From Vicugna vicugna (Eukaryota): a stretch of DNA of 64,000 bases. The notes beneath the pieces were generated by a model that saw nothing but the letters and a program-made list of their open reading frames with translations, ran no database searches and was not told where the DNA came from. This document shows, piece after piece, positions 10,190-22,972 of this stretch (the stretch's first letter is position 1; each line of letters begins with the position of its first letter). Where the stretch lies: NCBI GenBank assembly GCA_013265495.1, contig MU060042.1:4088258-4152257 (forward strand), in the 5' to 3' direction. A program made the position numbers and the translations under genes.

Positions 10190-13100
10190 GTGAGTTGAGG
10201 TGACAGGTGCTCTTACCAGCATCTGTGGAAGCACCTGAGGCAAGCCTCCAGCTTCTGAAATTTCACGGCCTGGAATGAGTAATTCTGGAACATGAAGGAT
10301 CCGTGGTGAGGGCCCTGCAGGCTCTGGCCGGGCTCCCGTGAACTTGGTAGGAGACAGCTGTGTGCGCGCGTGCAGACGCGCACGTGCACGTGTGTGTGTG
10401 TAAGGACACTAACTGGCCAAACCGAAACAAAAACAGATTGCTAATGAGCAGTCCTAACTATTTTAATTCACTTATCAATCCTTACATTTTTTTACAAGTG
10501 CTCCCTTAACCCCTGGAACCGCTGAGTTGTATGGGACAGTAATATTGCCAACCAGCTTCCGGTGTCGCAACTAAATTCTCCATGTCCTATTCACACCGGC
10601 ACTGAGATGTGTCTCTTTGTTAACACAATAACCTTCTCTCTTGAACCACCTAGAGAAAACCACCGTCGTGAGCTTCGTCTCAGTTTTAAACCTACATTTC
10701 CTGTAATAGTCTAGGAATATTCGCTATCAATATACACTCAACTTCCCTCTTCATTTTGCTTTTTGGCTTGTGTGTGTGTGTGTGGTTTTTTTGTGGGGGG
10801 AGGGTCCCTTCTCAAGCCTCAAAGTAGGATTTGTCTGCCTTTGGAGCAAGCATCCGAGCTTTCTGGTCCAGATCACCTTCTGGCTTTGACATGTGCATTT
10901 TATGGCGCTTTAAATAGACCAGCCTGAGTGAAATAAATACACAAGATGCAAAGCTCGAAGTGACACGTTCCAGATCTGACATTCTTACCATGGCTTTGAG
11001 CGTCAGGCACTGACAAATACTCCACACGTACCAAGTCTCCCAGAGGAGAGAATGTAATGATGTTTATGGTCTGTAATATGTAAAATATTTATGCCCCAGC
11101 TTCAGCACAAACCAACCATCACTTAAATCCGGAGCTGGTATTTACAGTATCTGTGCGTCTCCTGCCAGGCAGGAGGGGAACCCGATGGGATAAATGATCA
11201 GAGCAGGTACCGGGTAAGATTCCACCAGTGTCAGTGTTTTAAAGAATAACAGTTATGGGAAAGGGTTTTTTTTTTAATGTGCGTGCTTCTCTTAGAATGG
11301 TTACATTACCAAGAAGGGCAAAATTTATGCCTTTCTGACGATTGTCCTTATCTTTAGAATGGAAAAGTCTTTTCTTTTGACAAACCATTCTTTCATGAAT
11401 AACCTCTTCAAGAGCATTTAGTTATCATTATTAATAAATTGTTACAGTAATAAATTATATTTTAAACATTTTATTAAATGCGGTTCTCATGTACTTAAAA
11501 TAAATGGCAAAGTAGGCTCTTTTTTTTCCCTGGTATTTAATATATACGGTGTGACACAATGTGCTTTTAATATATTTAATGTTATATACTTTAAAATGGA
11601 AGTGTGTGGTACTTTTATGGAACTTACTTTATATTCCTTTCTGGATGGAAAACGTATTACTTTTTAATCCAGGTTCATTGTGGAGTGCCACTTAGAAACA
11701 GAGCACGGCTCTTTCAAAGCGGTAACTTGCAGAGTTTAAGCACGTTAAGTGAGCGGGAGGGAAGAGCCGCATTATGGGCGCATCAAGCGTCTAATTGAAC
11801 CTGACAAAAGCCGGGGGAGGAATCTCGCACTGACGCCGTAATGGCGCCCCGTCCGCGCTGACATCGTCGCGGCTGTCACGCAGCACGGGAGACACGTCCA
11901 CGTCCCCTCGACACGCCTCTGCTCTCGCACTTTCCGTGGACATGCTATCACTGTCATTCACGAGAGAGACACAAATACTACGAAGCACATCTCCAGGCCA
12001 CACTCCTGAGGCCCTTGCCCCGGCTGAAGCGTGGTGCTCATTTCCAAGGGCTGCTTCTCTTTCCGCCTCAAACATACACTGTTTCAGTCCCTGGGGAGCA
12101 CGCATCGCTGAATCCTCCATCACTTAGAATCATTCCGTCAAAAAGAAATGTAAGAGTGGATTTTGCAGGAACTTCTTCCCACCTGGCTCTGTGAGGCGGG
12201 AGAGAATTGCGGGTCTTCTTCCGAAGCCGCGCTCCGCGGTGCAGGCCAGCCGGCGCGGCAGCAGAGAAGGTGGGCCTCAGGCGAAGAGTGTGTCCCTCGG
12301 GTGGCAAAAGTAATCCATGAATTTACAGGGAGCCGTTGGATCCCGTGATTTCAGTGACTCACCAAGTTAAACGAGGGAACCACACTTCTAGGCTGGAATT
12401 CCAGAACTCTACCTTTGTTCTTAAGCCAGACTCTGCGGGGTACAGGCTTTAGGCCCAGTAGCCCATTCTGGTCCCAGAACACCGGTCTTAGGATGCCATC
12501 TGAGGCCGTGTCTCCATCCAGCTGGGCCTCCCTGCAGGGCGGTGCACACTCCTCCCTGCACTGGCCGGCCCTCTGCACACTGCTGGCCACTGACTGGCTT
12601 CCCTGGGGCCCCGGCTGACTGGAGGACCAGACTCGTCCGCAGCACCACAACCTGGGTCTGGCCTCCTAATGTCAGTCCCTTTTCTGGAAGGCGCATCTCA
12701 TGCTGGGCACCTGATCTCCTTTGAACTTAGGGAATTTATTTATCAATATATCAACATCAAAAATAAACTTCATGCTCTAAAACACTTAACCTATCCATCC
12801 AATACTCAACTGTCTCTTTTTGCATCTCTGTAGCGGTTCATCCGTTTGTCCCTTGATTGATTCCTCTGTTACGTGTTTCCTCTGATTCAATACTTTACCT
12901 CCTATTAGTTAAGAGTCAGGGGATGTGTTTACAAGATAACAAGCCACAGTCTCTGAGGGGCTCAGATCCAATGGACACTAATGTGTAAATAGTTAAGGAA
13001 AACCGGGAGAAGTTTATTACAGAGGTGCCTTAGAGGACGTGAGGCATCATAAACGGACTGACTGAGTCTTTACAAAACGTCCAGTTAAACGTTTTGGATT

Positions 13101-13454
13101 TTCCCAGTGGTGGAATCTGGGGGCTGGGTCTTACAAAAGGACAGAGAATCAGGAACACGGGGTCCAGCAGGCAGAGTTCAGCCAGAGAGGCAGGACCACG
13201 AGGGGACAGGCACACGGTGCACTCAGAGTACACACACACGCACCAGCACACACAGAAACACACGAACAGCAACACACACCCAGACCAGGAGTCAGAGGGT
13301 CAGGGGCCTCCCGCCCACCGGGAGGGTCTGCAGAAGGGCAGTGTGTGCGAGCCCCCTCGTGCTCCAGCATCCCCCTTGTGGACACCAGACAAGAAAGGGA
13401 ATTTCAGGAGACGGAGTTGAGCCAGGCCCTGCTGACAGATTTAAACGCGCCCTG

Positions 13455-13787
13455 CAAATAAGTTCATTTGTATCATTTTTTAGATTCCACGTATAAGTAG
13501 TAACATATAATATTTGCTTTTCCCTGCCTGATTTACTTCACTTAGTATGATAATCTCTAGGTCCATCCATGTTGCTGCAAATGGCATCATTTCATTCTTT
13601 TTTATGGCTGAGTAGTATTCCATTGTATAAATACACCACAGCTTCTTTATCCAGTCACCTGTCGATGGACATGTAGGCTGCTTCCACGTAAGAGTATAAT
13701 ATACATACACATGTGCAACTGAATCACTATGCTGCGTACCAGAAACCAACACAACACTGTCAATGAACTGCACTTCAATTTTTTTAA
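13455..13787. mobile_element. L1 insertion with 5' inversion (minus-strand ORF2 end 13455-13689, plus-strand 3' end 13690-13787)
   Basis: Minus strand translates WKQPTCPSTGDWIKKLWCIYTMEYYSAIKKNEMMPFAATWMDLEIIILSEV (L1 ORF2 C-terminus) and abuts a plus-strand L1 terminus (caactgaatcactatgctg...cacttcaa). Confidence 0.85.
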
Positions 13788-14179
13788 AGCCCCCTGTCAT
13801 GAGTAAACAGCAGGTGGCTACTGTGTGCATGGACTGGGGTCTGTGTCTTGGGGGCTCTGGGTCCGGGCAGGTGGGGAAGAGCCTGTGGTTTGGACAGAGT
13901 GCCAGGATTTATCCAGAACTGTTCAGACGCTGGTAAAAGACTTTTAAGACATCAGCTGGCATGACTGGTCTCGCAGTTTTAGGAAAATAAGGGTTTGGCA
14001 ACACAAAGGAAAGAACGGAGGGGCAGGGGCAGGAGTTAGGGAGAGACTCAGGGGTCGCATGCCAGGGTCCAGGCGAGGTTTGCAGGGGACGGGGCCCTGT
14101 CCCCGGAGCGGCAGGGAGCGGGCAGGGTGCAGGGCCGGGGCGAGAGCAAAGGTAAGGAGGCCCGGAGTCGGCCCAGTGG

Positions 14180-14290
14180 CCGCGGGCGAGTTACTTATGC
14201 CCTCTCTGCCTCTGTCACCTCATTGATAAAAATGGAGAAAATAATCGTATTTACACCTGAAGGATCCTGTGAGCTTTAAAGGGGATGATG
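14180..14290 (+). mobile_element. MIR fragment
   Basis: gggcgagttacttatgccctctctgcctctgtcacctcattgataaaaatggagaaaataat. Confidence 0.7.
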
Positions 14291-14349
14291 AGCGTGGAGT
14301 GTCTCAGCAAACAGCCCTGGACAAACGCTGCTCGTTTCTGTTTTCACAG

Positions 14350-14470
14350 GCATCCAGCACCAAACCTTCAGTCTGCGTTGCAGCCCTGGTTTGTCCCCTC
14401 CCCTAAAGACTCAAGCACCCAGGAGCCTCTGCTCTTACACCCGATTCAATAAACAAAGAACCAACATCAA
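14350..14470 (+). other. Candidate terminal exon with poly(A) signal
   Basis: ctcgtttctgttttcacag|GCATCC...; frame ends at TAA 14450-14452, overlapping AATAAA 14448-14453. Confidence 0.25.
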
Positions 14471-16110
14471 AAAGAAAGCATTGCAGGAGGGAGACCCCAT
14501 CACTACGCAGAACATTATCGCCTGACCCCGCCCTCTGAGGCACCACAGGATCCTCCAGCGACGTCTGTCCTACCAAGACCTCCGTTTTGCTGTGCTCTGT
14601 CTTAGTTTGTTTACGTCTGTGATCTATCGATGTGCTGCACGGTAGCTCTCTACCAAACACCACATTGAATGGATCCTAAGTCCCTAGGTCTGTCCTATGA
14701 TGGCAATTCACTGAGGTTCCCAGAAAGCATAAATAAATAAATAAATAAAAATTAAAAAATCAAATTTTAGGAGCATGAATTACTAAAAATATTGAAATAT
14801 CATTGGAACCTATTACATGAAGTAGGCTCGGCTTTGTTCTCCTCGGTGTATTAAATTGGGGGATACTTTGAAAGCTGCGCTGTTTTTTCTCTGCTGAATA
14901 ATTTTCTGCACCTGAATGTCATGGGGCCAGCCTTCGGTCGGGGGAGGGGGCAGTTCCAACACTGCTATTTGTTGTGCCTTCTCTGTCAGATGGTGCGGTA
15001 CAAGAGGCACTGCCCAGGCAACCAGGGAGCTGGAATCGAGTCTGGGCAGAAGGTGTCCTCCCAGAATTCGCATTCAGTTTCCTCTGAGGTCCTTTTCATA
15101 TTTGGGGACTGAGTTGATTCTAAGTGCATACAGCAAGGTCAGGGAGGAAGGAGGAGTATGTAGTCCCCCGAGCAGACAGACACGTGGAGTGTAGCCCCGG
15201 ACATGGGCCCCAGCGCAGCACGCCAGCTCCTGTCTTCCTAGAGAGCCCCTGGGCCAGACGCCGAGGCCCTCTGGACTTCGCATGGGGAAAGGGATGATGG
15301 GTGCAGCTCTTCGTAGGGGCGTTGGTGCCATGACCCAGCAGACGCACACACGTTAGCCAGTGTTGGGACTGTCTTCCCGTCTAAGGGGAGACTAACCCTG
15401 GCAGCACCCCTCACTCTTAAGAAGAGGGGGCAGGGCAGCTGTGATCACAAAAGGGTGAAGGGTTGTGATGACGATGGCGACACATGCTGTCTACAGAGAG
15501 GTCTGGCTCCCGGTCAAGGTCCTGCCTGCTGCAGGAATCTCACTCGGTTAGAATCACCATTTTTGATTCCCCCACATTTAGTGAGTTGAATTTTCCAAGA
15601 TCTTTGGTAAATCTCACGTAGAAACTTATAGTCAATTGCATTCATCTTCCTTAAGAGAAGACGTTTTTTGCTCCCTCTCCCCGCCCCACCCATCTGCCTA
15701 ATTAAGTTCATTCCTCTCTTTTCTTCAAACATATCCTGGGTTCGGGGTAGCTTTCCTGAACGAAAAAGGGCCTTTTTGTTTGGAAAGAGCCACCACAGGG
15801 GAAGAGCCCCGCGAAGCTGTGGAGCCACCAAGCACGCCTCCCACAGCCCAAGGCGCGGAGACGTCCACCCAAGCTGGACGGCCCCCGGCTGCAGGAAGGT
15901 CTCAGGGAAGGACCGCACCCATCCTGTGGGTTCTCGATTCTTGGGTGCCTGGGCGCTCAGACCTTTTCAGGAGAGACAAAGGGAGGCGCAGTCTGACACG
16001 CTGATCCCCTGAGAGCATAGCCCCGGGCAGGTCATGGTCCTGGGGAGGTCTATGGGGAAAATGGCAAACAGAGAGAAAGGCAGCATTTCAAGGACAAAGT
16101 GGGACACGCC

Positions 16111-16310
16111 GTGCTGGGTTGAACAGTGTCCCCAAAATCCACTCCCACCCAGAACCTGTGAATACGGCTTTATTTGAAAATAGGGTCTTTACAGGTGTAA
16201 TTAAATTCAAGTTCATGTGGGCCTAATCCAAGATGGCCTGTGTCCTCTTGAGAAGAGAAGAGATACAGATACAGAGGCAGGTGAAAACATCACAGGAGAA
16301 GGCAGAATAT
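16111..16310 (+). mobile_element. MLT1 LTR 5' part
   Basis: tgctgggttgaacagtgtcccaaaat...cccagaacctgtgaat...ttatttgaaaatagggtctttacaggtgtaattaa. Confidence 0.8.
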
Positions 16311-18668
16311 CAACCCCGAATTTTGAACATCGTTTCCCAAAGCTGGCATTGACCAGACCCAACTATTATGAACTTTGACGGTCAGCATTAATTCTGCCCA
16401 TTTCCAAACAAGTCTGATTTGCAGAATATAGTTTTCACTTTATTGGTGAGGTATATTAGAATCAGAATGTGCTGGGTTTTTTTCACTTACACTATGTTTT
16501 GGAAGAAAAAAAATATTTAGCAGATGAAGCAGCAGATAGGGAAAGATAAAGTGCTCTAATCAATCACCCCGTTCATGAAAAATAAATCACCACTCTTAAC
16601 TTCTTTTCCCTGTTCAAACCGTATTCCATGGCTGCACTTTTCTCTAAAGCCGTCTTGATAGGCATGTAAGGGATGAAACAAAGTTATTTTGATTCTTCTG
16701 TCCCCATGATGATTCATGTTTCTTTGTAAACTGAAATGTTGTGAGTCAAATAGATTGTATCAGAAAGAACAAAGTGGTTAAAGAAAGGAAGACGTGGAAC
16801 AGGCAGGTCTCCGGGACTGTTTGTAATGGAAGCTATAAAGGGAGCCCTTTTTTCCCTTAGAAACGTTTCTTTCCTAACACAAAAGAAGCAAGAAAAAGAG
16901 TTTTCAGGGGCCTGCATGACAAGACATACGTCCCATCATTTCTATTAAGATTTCAGTGGTAATAGGGAAGCTCTGGCATTTAATAGAAACAGATTCGAGG
17001 TCAGTTTTTTTTTTTTAACAGTTCTCTCCTTGCTTGGAAAGGAATGCAAGTTAGGGAACAACCCATCAGTCTTCTAGAGTGGTTTTATACTTCTGCCAGC
17101 CTGGAAAATCCACCCCCTCATGCTTACCAGAAGTAAGACAGTGACGTGTCTGATGACACGGAGCTTCAGAGCCGTGGCTTTTATTTGGAAATGCTTTCCA
17201 AAGGGCTACTTGCCCTGTCTCGAGTCTTTAAAACAGGATTCGCTTTACCTCACCTTCGGTTCTGAAGCCGACATCAGTTTGCGTGTCCTGGAGATGCGCA
17301 GTTTTACTGCCCCTGACAGAGGGCTTCTTCGCACAGATTTCTAGCGTGAGAAGCACCGCGCAGTCCCGGGGTCCTTCCGAGTCTCTGACGCAGCGGAGGT
17401 GGCAGTCCGGGGCGCAGGACTAACACAAGGGCCCGTGAGAGCTCAAGTTGCGGTGCTTCAGTCTTCCTTCACTTCAGCTTCTTCACTGCCCCAGGGGCCA
17501 GAACGCCAAAGAGAAAACCAAGCTAGAGACAACGGGAGAAGCTGGAGCGGACTAAGCTCTTCTCCCAGAGCGAGGCGCCGCGGGGTCCACGCCCTGTTCT
17601 CCCGCGCTTCCCTTCGGATGTGCACGCAGAAGGGGGACTGCCGGGTCGCACGGCAGCTCTGCTTTTAGTGTTTTGAGGACTCTCCACACCGTCCCCACCG
17701 GGGCCGCACCAATCTACATCCCCGGCAGCTGTGCACAAGGGTCTCCGTCCTCTCCACAGCCTCCCCGACACTCCTTACCGCTGCGCCTTGAGTCAGTTAC
17801 CTCTCCATTAAAAAGCAATGAGACTTTGTGTTAAGAACTTTCTGGAACCCTATACTATTCTGCCTTTTCTAACGTGTGGCGGAGAAGAGGACGGTAGCAG
17901 AGGGTGGGGGGCAGGCGGGTCCCAGGGAACAGTGTCGAAGGACATGTCTCCCATGCGTGTTCAGGACTCCAGCCCTCACCCTATGTGTGGCCGCCCCATC
18001 ATGGAGGGACAATAGTTACAGTTTCCCGAGTTGTGACGGGGAGAGGGGACGTTCCCTGGCCCCGTGTCTGTGATCCGCCAGTGATTCTGTGCGGCAGGAG
18101 GCTCTCGGCCACCCAGGGGTAGGGGACCCTTGGACTTGAGCTGGGTTTTCTCGCCGTCACTGCGGTTGCGTGGTTGACATTACCTTGCCGGGTGTGCAGG
18201 CGTCCCGGAATGCCGAGCAGCTGGGAAGCAAAGGCGGGGGGAACACGCAAACATAAGATGTACGCCGCATGGGTAACCCTGGTTTGAATAATCTTCCCTT
18301 AACTGATTGAACTCTGGCTTCTCAGAAGCCCTGCTGCCCTGCCTCCCTCCCCACTCCCTGGAAGTTTTGTATTTCTATTTGAATGCCGCTCCTCATTAAA
18401 ATGAATTGTAGTGTGAAAACAGTGTTCGCCCCTCTCCTCCTGCCTCACTGAAAACGTAAAAGAACATGCCCCAGAATGCCTTCATCAGTTTGCAAACACA
18501 GTAAAGTGTGTCTCCATCATTTCCTCGTCTTTGGATCTTATCTGTCTATCAAATTCAGCCTGTGACTAAGCCAGGCAAAGCCTGGGCCTAAGTCTTATTT
18601 TTCTGCACAGTGCTCAGAATATAGATCATATCTAATGTGTGAAAACAATAACAGTGAACGTGCACCAC

Positions 18669-18755
18669 GGCCCTGAAGACACGCGGCCCTGAAGACACGT
18701 GGCCCTGAAGACACACGGCCCTGAAGACACGCGGCCCTGAAGACATGTGGCCCTG
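18669..18755. repeat. Minisatellite, 16-bp unit, ~5.4 copies
   Basis: Unit GGCCCTGAAGACACGC with variants in the last bases, read directly. Confidence 0.95.
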
Positions 18756-20829
18756 GCCGATGCTGGCAGCGAGTCTTCAGAAGGGGACTTCTCTCCTGCA
18801 CACTGTGAGGCGGGTCACTCGGGCTGCAGGCAGAGCCGTGCACGCCAGCCTGGGTGATGCCGAACGTGGCCCGGGGCGAGCTGACGTCTTGCGTCCACTG
18901 ACCGTGAAGGCGGCAAGGCCACTTCGGTCCCTGTGCTCCGTCCGTCGGCTGTTCCGATTGTTGGGGGTTCAGACTCTGCTTCGGACAAAGGGTGGGGAGG
19001 CCGATTCCTCCCCCGCCCACTCTCAGCGGACTAAGGGACGGGAGGGCCAGCTGCTTTTAGACCATCCCCACAAGCACCTGATGCTAGAATTTCCCAGACC
19101 CTAAGGAGTGAGCGGATGTCTGCTGTTTCGCTGAAAACACAAACGCAGAATCCAGACCTGAGATGTCGCTCGGGGAGGCAGGAGGCCACGTGCCAGCTCC
19201 TACTTTTCCAGATGTCCAGGTGGTTTATTAAGTGGTTTTCTCCACAACTCGAACGTCCCACATATTTAACACGTTGGTAGGGATTTGTCTGTGTATTTAT
19301 TTATTTTGTTCTCTGCCTTGTCCTAAAAGTAATTTAAGTCAACTTCGAAGAGTATAAACAATGCGACCAAATGACAGGAAGGAAGTCGGTGAGGACATTT
19401 CAGGGAGGAGAAATAAGAAGTGAAGGTAGGCACGGATGCATTAGTGCCCAGCCCGCGCCTGTCAGGGGTGGGCGTGCGTGGGGCCGTGAGCGTCGCGACA
19501 GCCATGTGCAGAGGGAGAAAGGACACACTTTGCATGATTCACGACGTCCGTAAGTGTGACAGATGTTTGCTTAGGGGATGCATGATCTTCCCACCACCAC
19601 GGCAAGTGAGGATTGTTGTCCCGAGTTCACACAAAGAGGACACCATGGAATGCAGGGAAAAACGTGAGCTCAACAGGTGACCCGGAACAGGGGTCCTTTC
19701 TCGGAGCATCCCTCAGGGTGGCCTGGGGCCAGAACGTCCCAGGGCAGCTCAGGCCAGGCAGTTCTGCGGGCGTCGCTCTGCTGGTCTGGCCCCCAGAGGC
19801 GCAGGAAGCCCTGCAGGGCTGGGCGGCGCGTCCTGCGGGCACTGGCTCGTCGCCGGGCTTCCGCAAGCCCCGAGCAGTGCTGAGTTTGAGGCCCTGCCTC
19901 ACGGCCACGATCCGAGGGGTGAGTACTCTGTGCGGCTGGAAGGGCACAGGTTTCTGCTTTACTCATCGGCAGGGCTGGGAGAAGAGTTAGGGCGGGATCC
20001 CCCCACCACGGTGAAGGGGCCGGGTAAGAGCCACGAGGCTTTCTAGTTCCCCAAGGGGAGGCTCTGAGCAGGTAGACCAGATGAGCCACTGTGGCCTCAG
20101 AGAGAGCGCACACAAGCCGCGGATGCGGATGTCACCCCGTAAGGACACGCCCTAAGCCCCGTCCTGCTTGACTGGCTTTACGGAGGAGCTCAGATTCATC
20201 CTTGCTCTGAAGGTGGCTCCCCAGGAGCAGACTCAGCACTGAGGTGGCACGGAGTTGCTGAAAGACGTGCGACTTCACTCGCTCAGTCTTCCACGTGCGT
20301 GTGACTTGGGGTTCGGTGAGAGCTGCCACTCTTCACTCGTGGCCCCGTGCGCACCCTGATCTGCAGCAACAAGGACGTGGTGCTGGCCACTGACTGGCAA
20401 AGCTGGCTTGCCCACAACGCAGACAGAAAGACTGAGCTCAGCCACTAGCCCGGACGTGAACTTGCTCGTGAAGGTCTTCATGGCAAGACGCCTTCACAGA
20501 CGACCTAAAGTGTCTGCCACAGCCACAGGATGGTGGGGACAGAGGAGTGGGATAAGCAGGCACACACAGCTCCCGCTGAACCAACATGTCACACAGTGTA
20601 TGAGACGAGGAGACCGAGTTAAAATGCACTGTGATTTCTTAGGGGCTTTTGAGGCTGGAAATCAAAGGCCTGTGGCCCCCAGGTGGTCCTTTAAGCCACA
20701 AGCATAGAAACAGTGCATGCAGACACGTGTGCGCGCACGCACACTCACACACGCGCACGCACACACGGAGCACATGGGAAAGGACATGCGGAGCAGGAGA
20801 CACGGATTCCAGTCTCAAGTCCCCTCCCC

Positions 20830-20900
20830 TCTCACTGTGTGATTTGGGACAAGTGCGCTAACATCTCTGTGCTTTAGATGCCTCATCCCGAAAACAAGTA
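20830..20900 (+). mobile_element. MIR fragment
   Basis: ctgtgtgatttgggacaagtgcgctaacatctctgtgctttag. Confidence 0.6.
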
Positions 20901-22346
20901 ACGCTGACCTGGATATTTTCTAAGAATCCTTACAGCTCAGTAAACCCTCCTCCGGAGACGGGCACAAATCTCTCCTTTGAGTCGATGTTTTCATTCCTAA
21001 AGCAGAAAGTTGAGACCAACAGGAAATGTTCCACTTGATGCCAACCACAGGCGGGATGGCCGCATCTCAAAAGGCGAGTCACCTAGAAGACAGACGCATG
21101 CCCTCTGAGGGCAGCCTTCTCACTTCATGTCGGCTTACACAGGAGGATAAAGCGTGTTTTTGCCTTTTTTTAAACCAAGCAAAAACAAGTAGTTCGTATG
21201 ATTCTCGTTAATAAGCTCAAACGCCCCTTACTGCACGGAACTTATCTTACTGTGCTATCTCACTGAAGGAAGGGGAAAATGCTACCAATTCACTGCAGTA
21301 AGGTAATTACTGTAATAAGATAAATGTTAACTTTTTAATGAAAACCACTGTACTTGAGTAAGTACCCTTCGGAGCACTGCTCCATGTATGATTTCTTTGC
21401 AATTATTAAGATTAATTCACTTTTTTTCAGTAGGAACAGACCAAAATTCCAAGCCAAATGATCATTTTTATAAGCACATTTTCCAATGTCCTAGAACTTA
21501 CAAAGGGGGAAAGAGAAATGGATTTAAGTCTTTCTTTCTCCAAATCTATTCTATTAAGTCACAGGCTGACAAGTTCCGAGGTTCCGTTAAATGCAAACAA
21601 AAGCAACAAAACTCTGGTAAAAAATAGACGTGATTAAAAATCAGAGTGTCGGCTGACCAGCTAGAGCACGGCAGAAAGTGAGGATTCAATTAGAACTTTC
21701 TTTGTTCACAAACCCACTGGGTTTCTATAAATAACTCATTGTAAGGACATCCTAAATGCATAAGCAGATGTGAGACAGCTCTGGACCTTTGCGTCCCTGT
21801 GGACTCTGAACACCTCAAAGATGCCGATTAGGGGGGACTATCACAGGATCAGCTTGGTGTTGATGGGACAACGGAGCCCAACCAGAGCGGTGACCGGAGG
21901 TGCCCGGAGAGCACACATCCCACTTCAGGATGTTTCATGTGCACACTTGCCTTCATTGTTGGCTTTGCTATGCTTGGCATCACATCTTTGTCTTAGAAAA
22001 AATGCTGGGGTCTGTCCTCAGTGTCCTTTCCTGGCCTTTGGATGTCACTTCTCTTTTCTAACCAGCAGAGGCGCCCAGGAGAAAATTGTGGCCCTTTCTT
22101 GTTTTATCAGCTTCATGGATTTAGGTATGACTTTCCTGAAAGCGTCACGGTGGTAAGTGAGAGCTAATTCCCATTTGGATTTGGTGTTGATCCAAGGGAA
22201 TCCAGCAAACACTTGGTCTAAAGAGAACATTCCTTTAAAAACGTGAACTCTTTGCCCAACTCTTACTAGGCACTGGCCTTTGTTCATGGTTTAGAGTCAC
22301 TGAGGAAAACATAGGAGTAAAATGTTTATTAAATCTATCTCTATCT

Positions 22347-22499
22347 NNNNNNNNNNNNNNNNNNNNNNNNNNNNNNNNNNNNNNNNNNNNNNNNNNNNNN
22401 NNNNNNNNNNNNNNNNNNNNNNNNNNNNNNNNNNNNNNNNNNNNNNNNNNNNNNNNNNNNNNNNNNNNNNNNNNNNNNNNNNNNNNNNNNNNNNNNNNN
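22347..22499. other. Assembly gap (153 N)
   Basis: Run of N preceded by tctatctctatct, possibly a collapsed microsatellite. Confidence 0.98.
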
Positions 22500-22759
22500 A
22501 CCGACTTTTCCATTCTGAGTGTTTTATTGAAAAAGGTTGAGAAGAACAGCTCATCATCCTTTATCTGTAGAGTCTGTTCTGGCTTTTAACTACTGTCTGC
22601 AATTAGAATTAAACTTAATACAAAAAACTCTCTGCATTTTGCTCATTTTATGGTCCTATCCAGGTAGGAATGGAGTTTAGAGAGAATACGGTTTAGAGGA
22701 ATGCTGAGGGGAATCCCTCCTGACTCTCAAATCTGTTCCTAGCACTCAGTAAAAGAAGC

Positions 22760-22972
22760 CCAGGCAGTGGTTAGGATGGTGGACACCCGAGCCAGACTGC
22801 CCCTAATGTACTACTGAGTGACCTGAGCCATGGACTGGCGTCACCATGCCTCAGTTTCCCCATCAGTCAAAGGATGAAAATAGCCCTCACCTCACAGGGC
22901 TACCCGGAACCGTGCCCGGCTCATGGTGGGCACCAGGTAAGTATTAGCTCTTATTATTATTACTGAGTGAAG
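22760..22972 (+). mobile_element. MIR SINE
   Basis: cagtggttagg...gagccagactgcc...tgagtgacctgag...tgcctcagtttccccatc...cacctcacagggct...tattagctcttattattattac. Confidence 0.8.

Noticed and set aside
13480-13830. ORF with clearly protein-like sequence
   Set aside because: It is the L1 ORF2 C-terminus, not a host gene.
14114-14140. Canonical G-quadruplex motif
   Set aside because: Common in GC-rich mammalian DNA; no context suggesting function.
18669-18755. Short direct-repeat arrays (also 23625-23704) as CRISPR-like
   Set aside because: Head-to-tail units with no unique spacers, no cas genes, mammalian context.
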